A DNA stretch of 64,000 nt, taken from NCBI GenBank assembly GCA_030265395.1, contig JARFYF010000056.1:10393617-10457616 (forward strand). The letters are read 5' to 3'. Under the pieces are notes generated by a model. It worked only from the letters and a program-made list of their open reading frames with translations. It did no database searches and was not told where the DNA came from. How positions within the stretch are numbered: the stretch's first letter is position 1; the number at the start of each line of letters is the position of its first letter. Shown piece by piece: positions 10,941 through 23,350 of this stretch. Source of the stretch: Rhina ancylostomus (Eukaryota). A program made the translations under genes and the position numbers.

Positions 10941-13900
10941 AAGGTAAGTAGTAAATGTTATTATTGTTCAGCTAGACAGTAAAAAGCCATAAATGAAAGA
11001 AAACCAAAAAAAAAGAAAGTGGAGATTAGAAAACACTTTTTACATAGGATAGTGAGAATGATGGCTCTGTCACCAACAGTTGCTGAAGCAAAATGCATTG
11101 ATACGTTAAAAGGGAATTAGCTCACTGTTTTATAAGAATATCACAGGAAACAGGAACTAAGCAAGAGACTCTGGGTTACCTGTCAGTGCATACTTATTTA
11201 GCTCAACCAGTCTTGTAATATTCTGTAGAAAGTTATTGTGACCTTCTCAATGCAGTTGTGAACTGGCTGTTCAATAACATTTTTCTTTTTTTTGTTCACT
11301 TTTCACATCGATTCAGATTCATCTAATCTTTAGCATTAGCTGACTGTTCTCCTTGAGCTTACCTCCCACAAATAAAGTGACGATTTTAAATATGGTCTTT
11401 AAACATTTAATTTTGAGCTGTCTGGTCATATAGTCAGGGGGTGTCTGTCATTCAATGTTAAGACAACAAGTACATTTGAAACTCTACCAGTGTTTGATTG
11501 GATATCCCGATTCTTTCGGGTATTTCACTAATTCTTGGATGGTCTGGTAGGAGGAGTGTCAGACTAATAGTTGCTTCACTTGGTTTGCACCTCCTACTGG
11601 CTGAATTTAGAACAAGATGTGGAGAAGTAGGTGGTCCAAATTATACTGAACGAAAACTTGTAGTAAAGAGCCGGCAAGACACACAAATCAGTGATCAAAA
11701 GTGGACGGCAAGAACAAAACAAATGTGGCTTAGGGTGGTTGCTCCTAGTGTAAGCGACCAACTGGCTCCCATTCAGCTGATCAGATTGTATTTAGCTTCT
11801 CGTACTGCTGTCTGTTTGTGAATGGTGTGCCCTCTGTTGCAGAGATCCCCAAGGGGTTATTCTATAATCTTTACAACAGGAACAGTGGGGAACCATTTTC
11901 TCATGTAGCTGCCTTTCTTTCAAGTTTCATGGCTGTTATGCTTTGACTGGCAGCAGTTTTGGGACCTGGATTTATTGACTTAGTATCAATTCAAGTTATT
12001 CTTCTTTAAGTATAGGGATAAATTTTCTAACATTTCCTATTGCAGCCACCCAGCCACCATGCTACGTGTTTTTGCTAAGAAATAACATCTATAGCAAAGC
12101 CTCAGTATTTGTGCTCACACTATCTTTAAAAGTTCCTATTCACAGTGAAAGAGATTGAACCAATAAAATTGCCAGTAACTACTAAACAGTATTAATATAA
12201 TTAGATCATCATCCATCATGCTGCTATATTCTGTGCTGTATTTTGAGAAAATTATTTTCTTAATTGCTGGCATACACTAAATTTGGCAATAGATTGGTTG
12301 ATTGTGAAATTTACGTTTGCATTGAATGAGTTGTGGGAATTCAGACCCTGACCTTATGACAAAGCAGTGACCAACCCAACGACACAGGCCACAGGGGAAG
12401 TATGCCTCTCGTCTGTCCATCATAAAACAGTGTTGATGACAACCATGCAGACTCCGCAGCTTTTACTGCCCAGTTATCCCATAATCTCATTTAAGAGTGA
12501 AAGCGTAGCAGAGTAAGGCAGCATCATACTTTGATAGTGGCCCATGACTTGATTTTATTTTTCAAGGGTGAGGGAGCTGCATCTTCTGAGAAAGTTCCCA
12601 TCAGGGGTTTTCCATTTTTTTTAGGTTTTCCATGATGATGTATATGACGGTACATCACTGTGAAGGTGATATGTTAAATTACAGGCCAGTAACATAATAC
12701 TCATTACGGAACTAATATCCGTGCAATAGCTGAAATTCTTAAGTATTTTTTCCTTGGTATGTGGATACAGAGAAACATTTGGGGGAAAAAAGAACGCTGT
12801 GTAATATCTACACTCAGCCTTTTGATGTCACTCATGCATATATTTATAGATTCTGCTAGTGGCATCTACTGGTGGTAAAAGAATAGTACTTACTCCTATC
12901 ATTCCCCGTGTTTTCAGGCCAGCACCTGACTCTCGTTCTTGAATGATGAAACAATCTTCAGGTAATTCTCTTCATAGATTCTCTCTCATCAAAGGAATCG
13001 TTTTGCTTCCTTTTCCACATGTAATTGGGATCCATTAAGTCTCTAAATGATGTTCGAACTGGGAAGGTGGTGAGAATTTTATTTTAATCAAGAGACTTAG
13101 GAAAAGAGCCAGGATCCACAGGTAGAATAAGTGAAGTAACTTGAGCTGTGAAAGTAATGTGCAAAGTATAGGCTTAAAAATCCTGATCTATGTAGTGAAC
13201 GGATTTGCAGTTTTATTGCAGTGTGGTAGGTAACACTGCAATTGGAAAATCTGCTGTGCCATGAACATGCCAGTTAAAAGATCTGTAATGTTCTTAAAAC
13301 AACAGACAATTATTTTGTACAGCTGTGTAACCAGTGATGCCACTGGAAGAAATTGCCTGCCTTTACATATTGCATTTTGAGAACTTAACCTATCGTATGA
13401 ATAAAGAACAAAAAACAAATTATCCCCAATGGATGATTGTAACGGTAACAACAATTGGACTAAATGCAGTTTCACCAATTTCACAAGGTGATATCACCTT
13501 GATTCCTTAATTGCTGCAAGTGAATTAAGCTTAAAAGACATTTACCAATGTCTGTAATGCTGAGAAGAAAGTACTGACAGGGACCAGACTTCCCTAGAGA
13601 AACGACTGGGGCAAGAGGCTGTATTCTGTTGCTTGACCCTTACCGGCAGATGGCCATCAGGAATCAAATACCCATGTGCTGGGAGATAGGGAGAGGATTT
13701 AGCAGGGTGATTATTCAGAGATGAATAGAGTGATTAACTGATAAAGAGCATGTGAGACAGGGTTGGGGGCTTTGATCCTCAGTAATAATGCACTGACTGT
13801 TGTTAGTGCAGTGGGATGCTCCATAACAAGAAGGGACACCAATGTATTACAGGATTACACAGTTTGCTGTTGCCTTTAACCCTGCGATGGCCGGTAACTA

Positions 13901-14384
13901 TTTATTTTCTGAACAAAATTCTAACCTGATATGTGTAGGATTTTAATTGTGCTTGTTTGGCTTTTGGAGGGAAGATTTTTCAGTCAAACCATCCACTGAG
14001 GGGTGGACCTCAAACTGTACAGTGAAGTGCCTTACTGCTATGAAATGTCAGTGAATCCTCTCCCATGAGTGACCTTTGTCTCTCATGAGTGAAAGAGCAA
14101 TTAGAATGTGCTATTTTGCAGGGTTAAGTTGTTCTATGGGCATTGTCAGCTTTTTAAAGTGGTTGTTTAGCATTTTGCTTTAATAGTGTTATGTGGTATT
14201 GTTGTTTCCTTTCCAGTGTATTTATCCATTCACCTCCAGGGATAGAATCATGTTGTGGAAGCAGTAGTTCGGCGAGTGAAAATGCCTGTCTTTCTACATC
14301 CTTGAATTAATAGATTGCCTGTCTTTACATTTTTCATTTTGATGAGGTTTACTACCATGAGAATAAGCAATTAAAATCAAATTT

Positions 14385-14700
14385 ATAGAGTTATACAACG
14401 TAGAATCAGGCCCTTTGGCCCACCACATCCATACTAAGCCTTTTGCCCACCTACACTAATTCCATTTGCCCCCATTAGGTCCAGATTCTTCTGTGCTTAG
14501 CCTATTTAAGTGCCTGTCTCAATATCTCTAAGACATAGTGANNNNNNNNNNNNNNNNNNNNNNNNNNNNNNNNNNNNNNNNNNNNNNNNNNNNNNNNNNN
14601 NNNNNNNNNNNNNNNNNNCGTCAGATACCCCTTAAAACTCCTTCCTCTCACTTTAAACCTATGCCCTCTTGCTTTTTTTGATATCCTAACCCCTATCCCC
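14385..14700 (-). mobile_element. CR1-clade LINE 3' end (spans a gap)
   Basis: Reverse CR1 tail caggccctttggcccaccacatccat; minus-strand translation ARGHRFKVRGRSFKG. Confidence 0.8.
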
Positions 14701-14789
14701 ATTGATTGTAATGATGGGACCAAATAAAATAATCCCGACATGTATATTTGAGAAACAGATGCCGTGTTTTGAGATGAGATGGCCAGGGC

Positions 14790-15385
14790 AATGAATTTGG
14801 GTGCAAGAGTAGAAAAACCTTACTCAAATTGTAGAGGGCCTTGGTGAGACTGTATCTAGAATATCATACACAGGTCTGGTCTCCCTACCTACAGAAGGTA
14901 TCTTTGCAATGCCAGATTAATTTCTGGGATGCTGGGTTTGTCATATGAAGAGCAATCAAGCAGACTGGGCCAATGCGTTCTTGTGTTTAGAAGAATGAGA
15001 GATGATGCCATTGATGCATCAGAATTCTTAAGGGGCTTGATATGATGGATGCAGAGGTAATAGTTCCCCTGGCTCACGTGTCTAGGATCAGGGGTCAATT
15101 TTAAAATTAAGAGGAGGGCCATTCAAGACAAAGATGAGAAGAAATTCCTTAGCCCAGAGGAGAGTAAATCTTTGGAAGTTTCTCCCCAAGAGGGCTGTGG
15201 AAGCAAAATTTGCTGAGAATATTCAGTATGGAGATTGATGGATTTTAGTTATTGAAGGAACAAAAAGATGGGGATTATTGTAGGAAAATAGCTGAGGTCA
15301 GAGATCAGTCGTGATTTTATCAGAGGGCAGAGCATCCATGAGGCTGAATGGCTTAAACTTCTATTTCATATGTTCTAATATGAGG
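14790..15385 (+). mobile_element. Degraded CR1-clade LINE 3' fragment
   Basis: agggccttggtgagac, tttagaagaatgagagatgat, cagaggagagtaaatctttggaa, and ctatttcatatgttct tail. Confidence 0.75.
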
Positions 15386-16059
15386 GGAACCAATCTTGGT
15401 GAATATGAACATCTCCTGATGGCTGGAAGCATTGCAGAATCGTTAACTTGTGTATCCTGTTGAGCTTAGCACCACCAGAACAATGAAGTGATCGGGAAGT
15501 AATGAAGTATCTGGACTCTAGTAGATTTATAACTATGGAGTTCCTTAAATGAGTTACTTCATTGACATTTAGTCACAATGCCAGAATTAACATGTGGATT
15601 TGAGGTGTCAATCAATTGGTAGATAGGAGCCAATTTTCAGCTAATCAGGGAATGGTTCTCAGTATGTTTCCCATATTAAAATGGAAGTGGAGGCAGGTAG
15701 ATACAGAGATTGCACTAATCTAAGGTACACTGTATTTCAATGTACTACCTATCTTTACTGATGCAGCAGAAGTCTTAAGATTGTTTTATGAGAAATCGAA
15801 GTATAATACAGGTCATGTTTCTCTATTTACTAGAGTAACAAATGGAATTCTGGAGAAGACTGAGATCACGCATGTGGGGAGATGCAACAGGGCAAGGGAA
15901 TACTGGGGCAATACTGTGAGGTGTGGGAGAAGAGCATTAAACCTAGTAGAATAGGTCAAAGAGTTGCTTAAAAAGGCATGCAGGCTGCCCTGTTTAATTA
16001 TCCAAGACAGAATGAAGGAGCAGGGAAAACTGTACAATAGTTAGATGACAGCTTGAGTT

Positions 16060-16490
16060 CTACATACGCCATATTACAGCAATTGCACTGGAGAGGGTGC
16101 AAAGGAGGCTTGTAACAATGTGGCCAAGACCACAAAATTGTGGCAGTGAGAAAAGATTGGGTGAGTTAGGGTTGTTTCCTTTCTTAGGAAGAACCTATTT
16201 CCCCTAACAGACGTGACAAAAACCAGGGCATACAAGTGTAAAATAATTCATAGAGAAAACTGAAGACATCAGGGAAAAAAAATCACTCAGCAGGTTGTGA
16301 GGGTCTGGACCTCCTTGACTAAAAGGCTGTGGAAACAGAAACATCACATTTAAGAAGTACTTGGACGTATGCTTGAAGGGCTATGGACCTAGTGCAAAAA
16401 GGTAGGATTAGCCTGTGTAGCTTGTCCTTCAGTGGCACAGTTGATTGGCAGTCTCCTGAGTTGTAAGTTTTCAATGATTCTATGAATTAT
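16060..16490 (+). mobile_element. Degraded CR1-clade LINE 3' fragment
   Basis: gcactggagagggtgcaaaggagg (LERVQRR-like), aaaaccagggcata, and tgattctatga tail. Confidence 0.7.
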
Positions 16491-19400
16491 ATTTGGTGTA
16501 ATGTACTTTCAAAATGAATCTGGAAACAATTTTTTAGGAAACATTAAACATATTTTAACTCCTCTAATCAACTGCATTGGAAAACTTATTTTGTTGCAGC
16601 TAAATATATTGAGTTGATCTTCTGCTTTCTATCTGCAGATATAATGGAGTCAGAATGTTAATGAGAAATGCCATCAGCCATTGCCTTCGAGCAAACTAAG
16701 AGTTTTGAGTTTTGAGAGGCAACTGAATGAGCTGCAGTGGACTTGATAGGGTTGTGTTAGGGTTTAATTGTCAATGAGCTGAATCATGCTAATTGTGGCC
16801 TGTGATTCCAAAGGAAACTGAAGGCATTCAGCCATTCAAATAGGAGTAAATCCTGGACCAATGAGCACGTACTGCAAGTCCAGTACTTCTGGTAGATGCT
16901 GAATGTGTCAGTGTGCACGTAATGATGCAAACTGAAAGTTCAGTTCATACTGTTCATGAATTATGTTGTTCAGACCTTGATGGTAGTTTATACACCTGAG
17001 GAACAATGGGAGAGTATTAGGTATTTGTGAACAGTGGAAGTTGTTGGACCTACCAAACCTTTCCCTTTTTGTCCTTGCCCAACCACCTCCTCACATTTGC
17101 CAACAACTTTTTCTCACCCTTCCCCACTCCAGCTTTGCGTATTGTAGTAGCCTCGGTGGCAGAAATTAATGTTAACTAAGTGAGCAGTTAACAGAAAAAT
17201 GACTTCCACAGAAAGCTGTTGTGTCATTATTCTTAAATGACCCAACCACGGGGAAGGCAGAACTGTGGAGAGGATTTACCTTCATACATTGTTCAAACTA
17301 ATTACCTGGAAGGTCCATAAATGGTTGGAGATGAAATGAAAATAGAAAATGCTGAAAATGTTCAGCAGGTAAGGTATCCTCCACAGAGACAAATATTTCA
17401 TGCCTTTGATATTATTGTAAAAATCCTTCTAAGAATTTAGAGCATTGCCTATTTTGCACCAATTAATAATTAATGCTTAACTTGCCCTGTCTCCTTGCAT
17501 ATATATTGCAAACTGGTATTGTACCAAATACTGGCCAACATATGCATGCATGTACAATTGAAATAGAGGGTGCTTGGTCAATTAATCCCACAGTATGTTT
17601 GTCTGGCACTGAGCACTCTTGAATTAGTGCCACCATCTCTGTACAATTTTCCCAGTTTACTTTTGCTTTTTATCCCCCACTGCCTTGCCTGAGGTTGTGT
17701 GATTCCCATTGATTAAAGGGAAACAGAAGTTGTTAGACAGCTTTTTAGAATTGAAATGGAAATCCAATGACACTCAAAAAAAATGTGGAGATAAGTTAAA
17801 TCAGTGTCATTTAGCAATTGCATTAAACTCTCTAATAATGCAAAACTAAAACAAGAGCATAATTTGCTTCCTCTTTCAAGATGCACCTCCCCACTCCTTG
17901 CCTATAGTAGAGTGCTAATGACCTGTTTATCAAAGAGGTCTGTGACCTAATTGCAGGTGTGTGTATGTTAATTTGATGAGGTCTGTCAGTGCTCTCCACT
18001 CTCTCAGCCACTAATTACTGACCTGGACCTTTATAATAAGGTGATTAAGCAACCAATCATTTGCCAGCTTGTCACCTGGGCCATTGCTCAGAATACAAGA
18101 GGAACAACACACAGGAACAAGGCTATAATAGAGTCCCAGTGAATCACATTAAGGTGCTCATCAAGTATATTTTCATGTATTGTTTCAAAATGAAAGGGTA
18201 CATGAGGTGCTCTGTACAGTTCCATCACTCTTACTTGATTCATCATATGGAAGTTACTCCTTTAAATGTTATAATGTGATTACAAAGATAGACCAAATCA
18301 TAATATACAAAGTGGAGCAGCTATATACCAATCACACAGGTCTCATGCCCAGACGTTCTACAACTGTTGTCATTGATTTGACTGGTCAGACTGATGGCAT
18401 AATGCACAGTTTCATATTCCACAAAGATTGAGCTGGTCAGTTACAAGTACACATCCCAGCAAATGGTCATGAGGGAGTGTCCACCGTAGTATTTCTAAGC
18501 TATAAGTTCGGGGGAGAGGAAATGTCTCAAGTCTTACCGTAGTGTCCAGGTATTAATCAGTGCATGGACTCGTGAGGTGTAATAAGAATTTTTTATAAAG
18601 AATATTGCATTGAGTAAATGTTGAGTCGAGAAATTTCATGAATAGTTTTACTTGCTGTTTAAGAATGCACTATACCCTGTTGGATATATGATCATTCTGA
18701 GCTGAGGATATTTTATTTTCAAGAACATTTTCCCTAGTTTCTTAAACAAGATGTCTGTTGCTGAAGGAACCTTGGCCACATTCCACAAATGTTTTGCTTT
18801 TTCAGTAAGAAGCCATGTCGCATGTCCTCTAACATTGATCTCCCACTGAAGGAATCCCATCTCTTTTAGTTTACAAAGAAGGCCTTTATTCCTTCAGTGA
18901 CTCAGTGTGATGGGTCAGAGAACTAAGCTGTGCCTACACCATTCTTTATCTGTTGCTATCAAGGTAACTATTGATTAAGAACTAACCTCTTTTATGTGTC
19001 AGATCACTAACCAGAATGTTTAAGGGGACTTGATGTCTTTGCTGTGCTACAGAATGTTCTTGCACTGTTACAGTTCAAAGACTTTATTTTGCAATCTTTC
19101 TTGCAAGTTAAGAAGGCTAAATCAGATATTAAGGGGATCCAGGACTATATAAAGCAAGCACAGGGATTTCAGAATATCTTTCAGAAGTGGTAATGTGTAC
19201 ACATAACACTCCTACCTCCAGTGAAGTCCACATAACCTAGATAGACTTGTGCTGTTTCATTTCCCGCCTTTGAAGCTCAGTGCATTGATTTAAAAAAAAC
19301 TGAAATTTCTCACAGCCAATCTTCCATAATAAAATTAAAAATAAGCATTGCCATGCATGGACCAAGGAACTCATGGGAAATGTCCCTACACTATGCAGAA

Positions 19401-19854
19401 CCATCCACCTACCAAGGGATCATCTCCTTAAAGCAAATATTATTCTTTAAAGCCTTCAAATTACAGCTTGTTCTCCCTACCAAGTCCCATTCTCCCCCTC
19501 CACTCTAAAGCACCACTGCTTTCCAATGTTTCTACTGCTTCCTTCTAAAATAAATTTCCCAAATGTATTTATTTTTTAAGATGTATAAATAATGGATGCA
19601 AGCAAAATTCTTATGTTCCACCCTGAACTTTGCTTAATTTGAAGATTGAGCCCAGAAGTTTGCTCCACCCATATTTGTGTCTCTTATGGGACAAAATATA
19701 AGAGAGTAGAATTTTTTTTTCTAATCTTTAAGGTGGTTGTGCATAAATATCTAATGTAGGTTTGGGACTGGAGCTCTGGGTATGTGTATGATATATTGAA
19801 GTACAAGTATGCATTAGACAATTCTACAACTTAAAAATTTGCTGTATTTTTAAG

Positions 19855-20960
19855 TATGAACATACAAATTAGGAGTAGGAGAAAGCCACTCAGCTCCTGT
19901 AGTCTGCTCAGCTATTCGATATGATCATGACTAATCCAGCTGTAATCCATATTCCTACCTACGCTCTTCATAATCTTTCACCCCTTGCTTATCTTCCTCA
20001 ATCTTGCAAATATTCAAAGACTCAGCTTTTGCTGTCCTTAAGCAAGACAATACGAAAGTCTTGCGACCCTCTAAGTAGAAAAAAAATTCACATCATCTCC
20101 ATCTTAAATGGCAACCCCTTATTTTAGAACAATTCTCCCACAAAAGGAAACAGTCTCTGCACATCCACCATTTCAACGCCTCTCAGGATCTGGTATGGTT
20201 TCAATCAAGTTCCCTCTCAAGCTTCTAAATTCCCTCAGGTACAGACCTTGCCAATCCAATATTTCCTGTCCATGTGTCTCCTTTACCTGCTCTGAACTGC
20301 TTCCAACACATTTTTGTTAAATAAAGCAACAAGTACTCCAGACGTAGTGTCATCAATACATCTGACACCTCCCTCCCTATCACAGTACATCTGACACCTC
20401 CCTCCCTATCACAGTACATCTGACACCTCCCTCCCTATCACAATACATGATAACGTCCTGTTAACTTTCCTTATTACTTGCACAACCTTCTGTAAATCAT
20501 GCACTAGGGTACCCACATTTCTCTGCATCTCAAGACTCAAATCTGTCACCTTTGGGACGATAAGATTTTTTACTTTTCCTGCCAAAATGGACAGTCTTAC
20601 ATTTCCCACATAATCCTGCGTTTGCAAGATTTTTCTTCACCCTCTCACCGTGTCACTTTGTCCCACCAGCTTCACAACTTAATTTTCTAACAGGCTTTGT
20701 CATGAGCAAATTTAATAAATGTATCTTCATTGCCTACAGGAATAAGTGTATCAACCTCAACTTATACTTGTATGTAAATTGTAAAAGTTGGGGTCCATGC
20801 ACTTATCCCTTAACCACATCACTTGTTACATCTTGCCAGTCAAATAGCATTTATGCCTACTTTGTTTTGTTATCTTCATCCACTAAAAAAAAGTCTTTTG
20901 CACCTATTTTCCACAATAACTTTTTGATGTTGCATGTTATCAGTGCCTTCTGGAAATTCA
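19855..20960 (-). mobile_element. Degraded CR1-clade LINE
   Basis: Reverse CR1 tail aacatacaaattaggagtaggagaaagccactcagc...gatcatgactaatc, followed by decayed ORF2 sequence. Confidence 0.7.
20357..20443. repeat. 29-bp tandem repeat x3 inside the CR1 copy
   Basis: tacatctgacacctccctccctatcacag repeated three times, with one substitution in the last copy. Confidence 0.95.
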
Positions 20961-21167
20961 CAGTACACATTACTGGTAAATTGGTCAAATATGATTTTTG
21001 TGTCCGACTGGAAGTTGGTGTATATTTTTTTATTGCAGTGATCTTCAAGTAACCCAACGATATTTACAGCTTGCTACACCAAGCTGGCCTTGCCTTTTAG
21101 GCATTTTATTCTCCTAAACTTGCACTTGGTAAAGAATTACTACTTAACAGCTTTCTGTCTTCCTCAG

Positions 21168-21318
21168 GTCTGGCTTGGGCAGGAATCTTTCTGCTAAGGC
21201 CCAAGTAGCTTTGAAACTACAATCTGAATATTCAAGTGGACTTGGAGAAAAATTTTATAAGGTAAAGAAGAAGCGAAAACCTTTAAAAAGTCGCAGACCC
21301 CAGTCAGAAAACATCTGA
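21168..21318 (+). CDS. DDX31: DEAD-box helicase 31, last coding exon (absent from the ORF track)
   Basis: Acceptor ctttctgtcttcctcag at 21167; phase matches the 1308 donor (AG+G=Arg). Reads SGLGRNLSAKAQVALKLQSEYSSGLGEKFYKVKKKRKPLKSRRPQSENI*, with LQSEYSSGL matching recalled human LRSEYSSGM. Confidence 0.88.
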
Positions 21319-21530
21319 AGTGAGCCACAAACACATGCAGACACTCTGTCAAAGGCTATGCTATCAATGCCGGTCAAGTGACCTCACTATGATGTTAGCA
21401 GCACTGAGCAGGATGCAGCAAGTTACAGAACTGCCCTGATGGACAGGGCAAACCAACTGCTGATGTGTGCTGAAATTATGTTTTTGTGACATTAACTGAA
21501 TTGTTTGTAACTTGTATTTGCACAAAAGAG

Positions 21531-21536
21531 AATAAA
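21531..21536 (+). terminator. Probable DDX31 polyadenylation signal
   Basis: AATAAA about 210 nt after the stop, with upstream TGTA elements. Confidence 0.65.
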
Positions 21537-21729
21537 ATAGTTACAGATTTAAATTAATGTGAATCAAAAACAATTTCAGAAACAAGAACCTGCTCCAGCC
21601 CTGTACTAAGTCAGATACAAACACCATCCCAAAGATGGACAATTAGTACTCCAACCAACTGTGACCTGCAGGTGTACTTCTGAGAAAATGGACTTCATCC
21701 TGTATTCTGCTCTGGATGTAAACGGGCAG

Positions 21730-22790
21730 ACCTCCTGTGTTGCTACAGAACACCTACCAAGGAAAATGTCATGAAATGGATGAGATCACAGTTCCATTTT
21801 CCCTTTATGCTCTCTCTGACCTTATTGCGTCCCCCACTTATTCTCTTGGCTCTATCCCTGCTAAGCTAACCACCCAACCTCCCTTCCTGGCCCTGATGTA
21901 AGTTGTCGCAGTTAAATAGTTCTCCTCAAAAAAAGTAATCCTAGATTCCTCTGTGCTTTCTCGCATCCCATCTACTTGAATCTTTTATACATTTTCCTAA
22001 TCCATACCTACCATTCCCAGAACTCCTGTTTGAATCTGTCCTGTGTGTTTCTGTCCCTGCTACAATATGGAAGCATGTGTTATTAAAGTTAATGATCCTT
22101 TGTGGCTGTAGTAATCAGTCCCTTCTTGGCATTCTCAATGCTCCTGCAGTCTCCAATGCCTGTCCATCATCATCCAACTGGGTGGGTCTGCAGTCAACTG
22201 GTACCATTCTTCTCAATCCAGGATCTTCGACTGTCCTGGAGTCCTCCCAGTCTCCAATCTACATGCAAGGCAAAAGAATCAGATTCAAAAATACAGTGGC
22301 ATCCTCCAGCTCCACATCACCACCGCTTCCTTCCAACCCCTCCACGGTCTCTCAAATCTCAGATTACTAACCCCGCATCTGGTAATAGATGAATGGAAAT
22401 TTCCTCTAACCAAATGTAAAGAAAACCAAAGTCATTGTCATCAATACCCTCCAGTAGCTGTGTTCCCCCTAGTCACTGGTTCCATCCCTCTGTATGGCAA
22501 GTGTCAATCTTTGTGTCTTATTTGACCTTGAGGTGAGATTTGGGTCACATATCCAAACCATCACATAAATCACCTGTGACCAGCCCGATAGTATCGCCTA
22601 CCTCCTATTGAAATTCTTACCCATGTCTTTGTCACCTGATTCCCTGATTATTCCTTTACATACCTGTCCAACTTCCCTCAGTCTATGGAACACATAATCC
22701 AAGGTTCTGTTGTCCAAAGGCCACCCCCCCCCCCCACCATGTCCTCACTAACGTGCATTAACTACTCATTCACTCACAGCTGAATTTCGA
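21730..22790 (+). mobile_element. Heavily degraded L2-clade LINE
   Basis: Pyrimidine-rich; residual motifs gatgaatggaaatttcctc, aaaaccaaagtcattgtc, tttgaccttgagg..cacatatc, catgtctttgtcacct. Confidence 0.55.
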
Positions 22791-23129
22791 AANNNNNNNN
22801 NNNNNNNNNNNNNNNNNNNNNNNNNNNNNNNNNNNNNNNNNNNNNNNNNNNNNNNNNNNNNNNNNNNNNNNNNNNNNNNNNNNNNNNNNNNNNNNNNNNN
22901 NNNNNNNNNNNNNNNNNNNNNNNNNNNNNNNNNNNNNNNNNNNNNNNNNNNNNNNNNNNNNNNNNNNNNNNNNNNNNNNNNNNNNNNNNNNNNNNNNNNN
23001 NNNNNNNNNNNNNNNNNNNNNNNNNNNNNNNNNNNNNNNNNNNNNNNNNNNNNNNNNNNNNNNNNNNNNNNNNNNNNNNNNNNNNNNNNNNNNNNNNNNN
23101 NNNNNNNNNNNNNNNNNNNNNNNNNNNNT

Positions 23130-23350
23130 TAAAAGGGAGGGATATGTGGGGGGGGGGGGGAAGGGGTTAGATAGCCTTAGGTGAGGTTTAAAGGTCAGCA
23201 CAACATTGTGGGCCGAAGGGCCTGTTTTGTGCTGTACTGTTCTATGATTCTATAATGAGCACAGAATGGGGCAGAACAGCGATGTCAATGTCAGATGGTG
23301 GAGCAGGCTTGAAGATCTGATTGGCCTGCTCCTGCTCCTAAGTTCTTTTC
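23130..23350 (+). mobile_element. Two adjacent CR1-type 3' tails
   Basis: gtcagcacaacattgtgggccgaagggcctgttttgtgctgtactgttctatg, then ggagcaggcttgaag.tctgattggcctgctcctgctcct. Confidence 0.75.
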
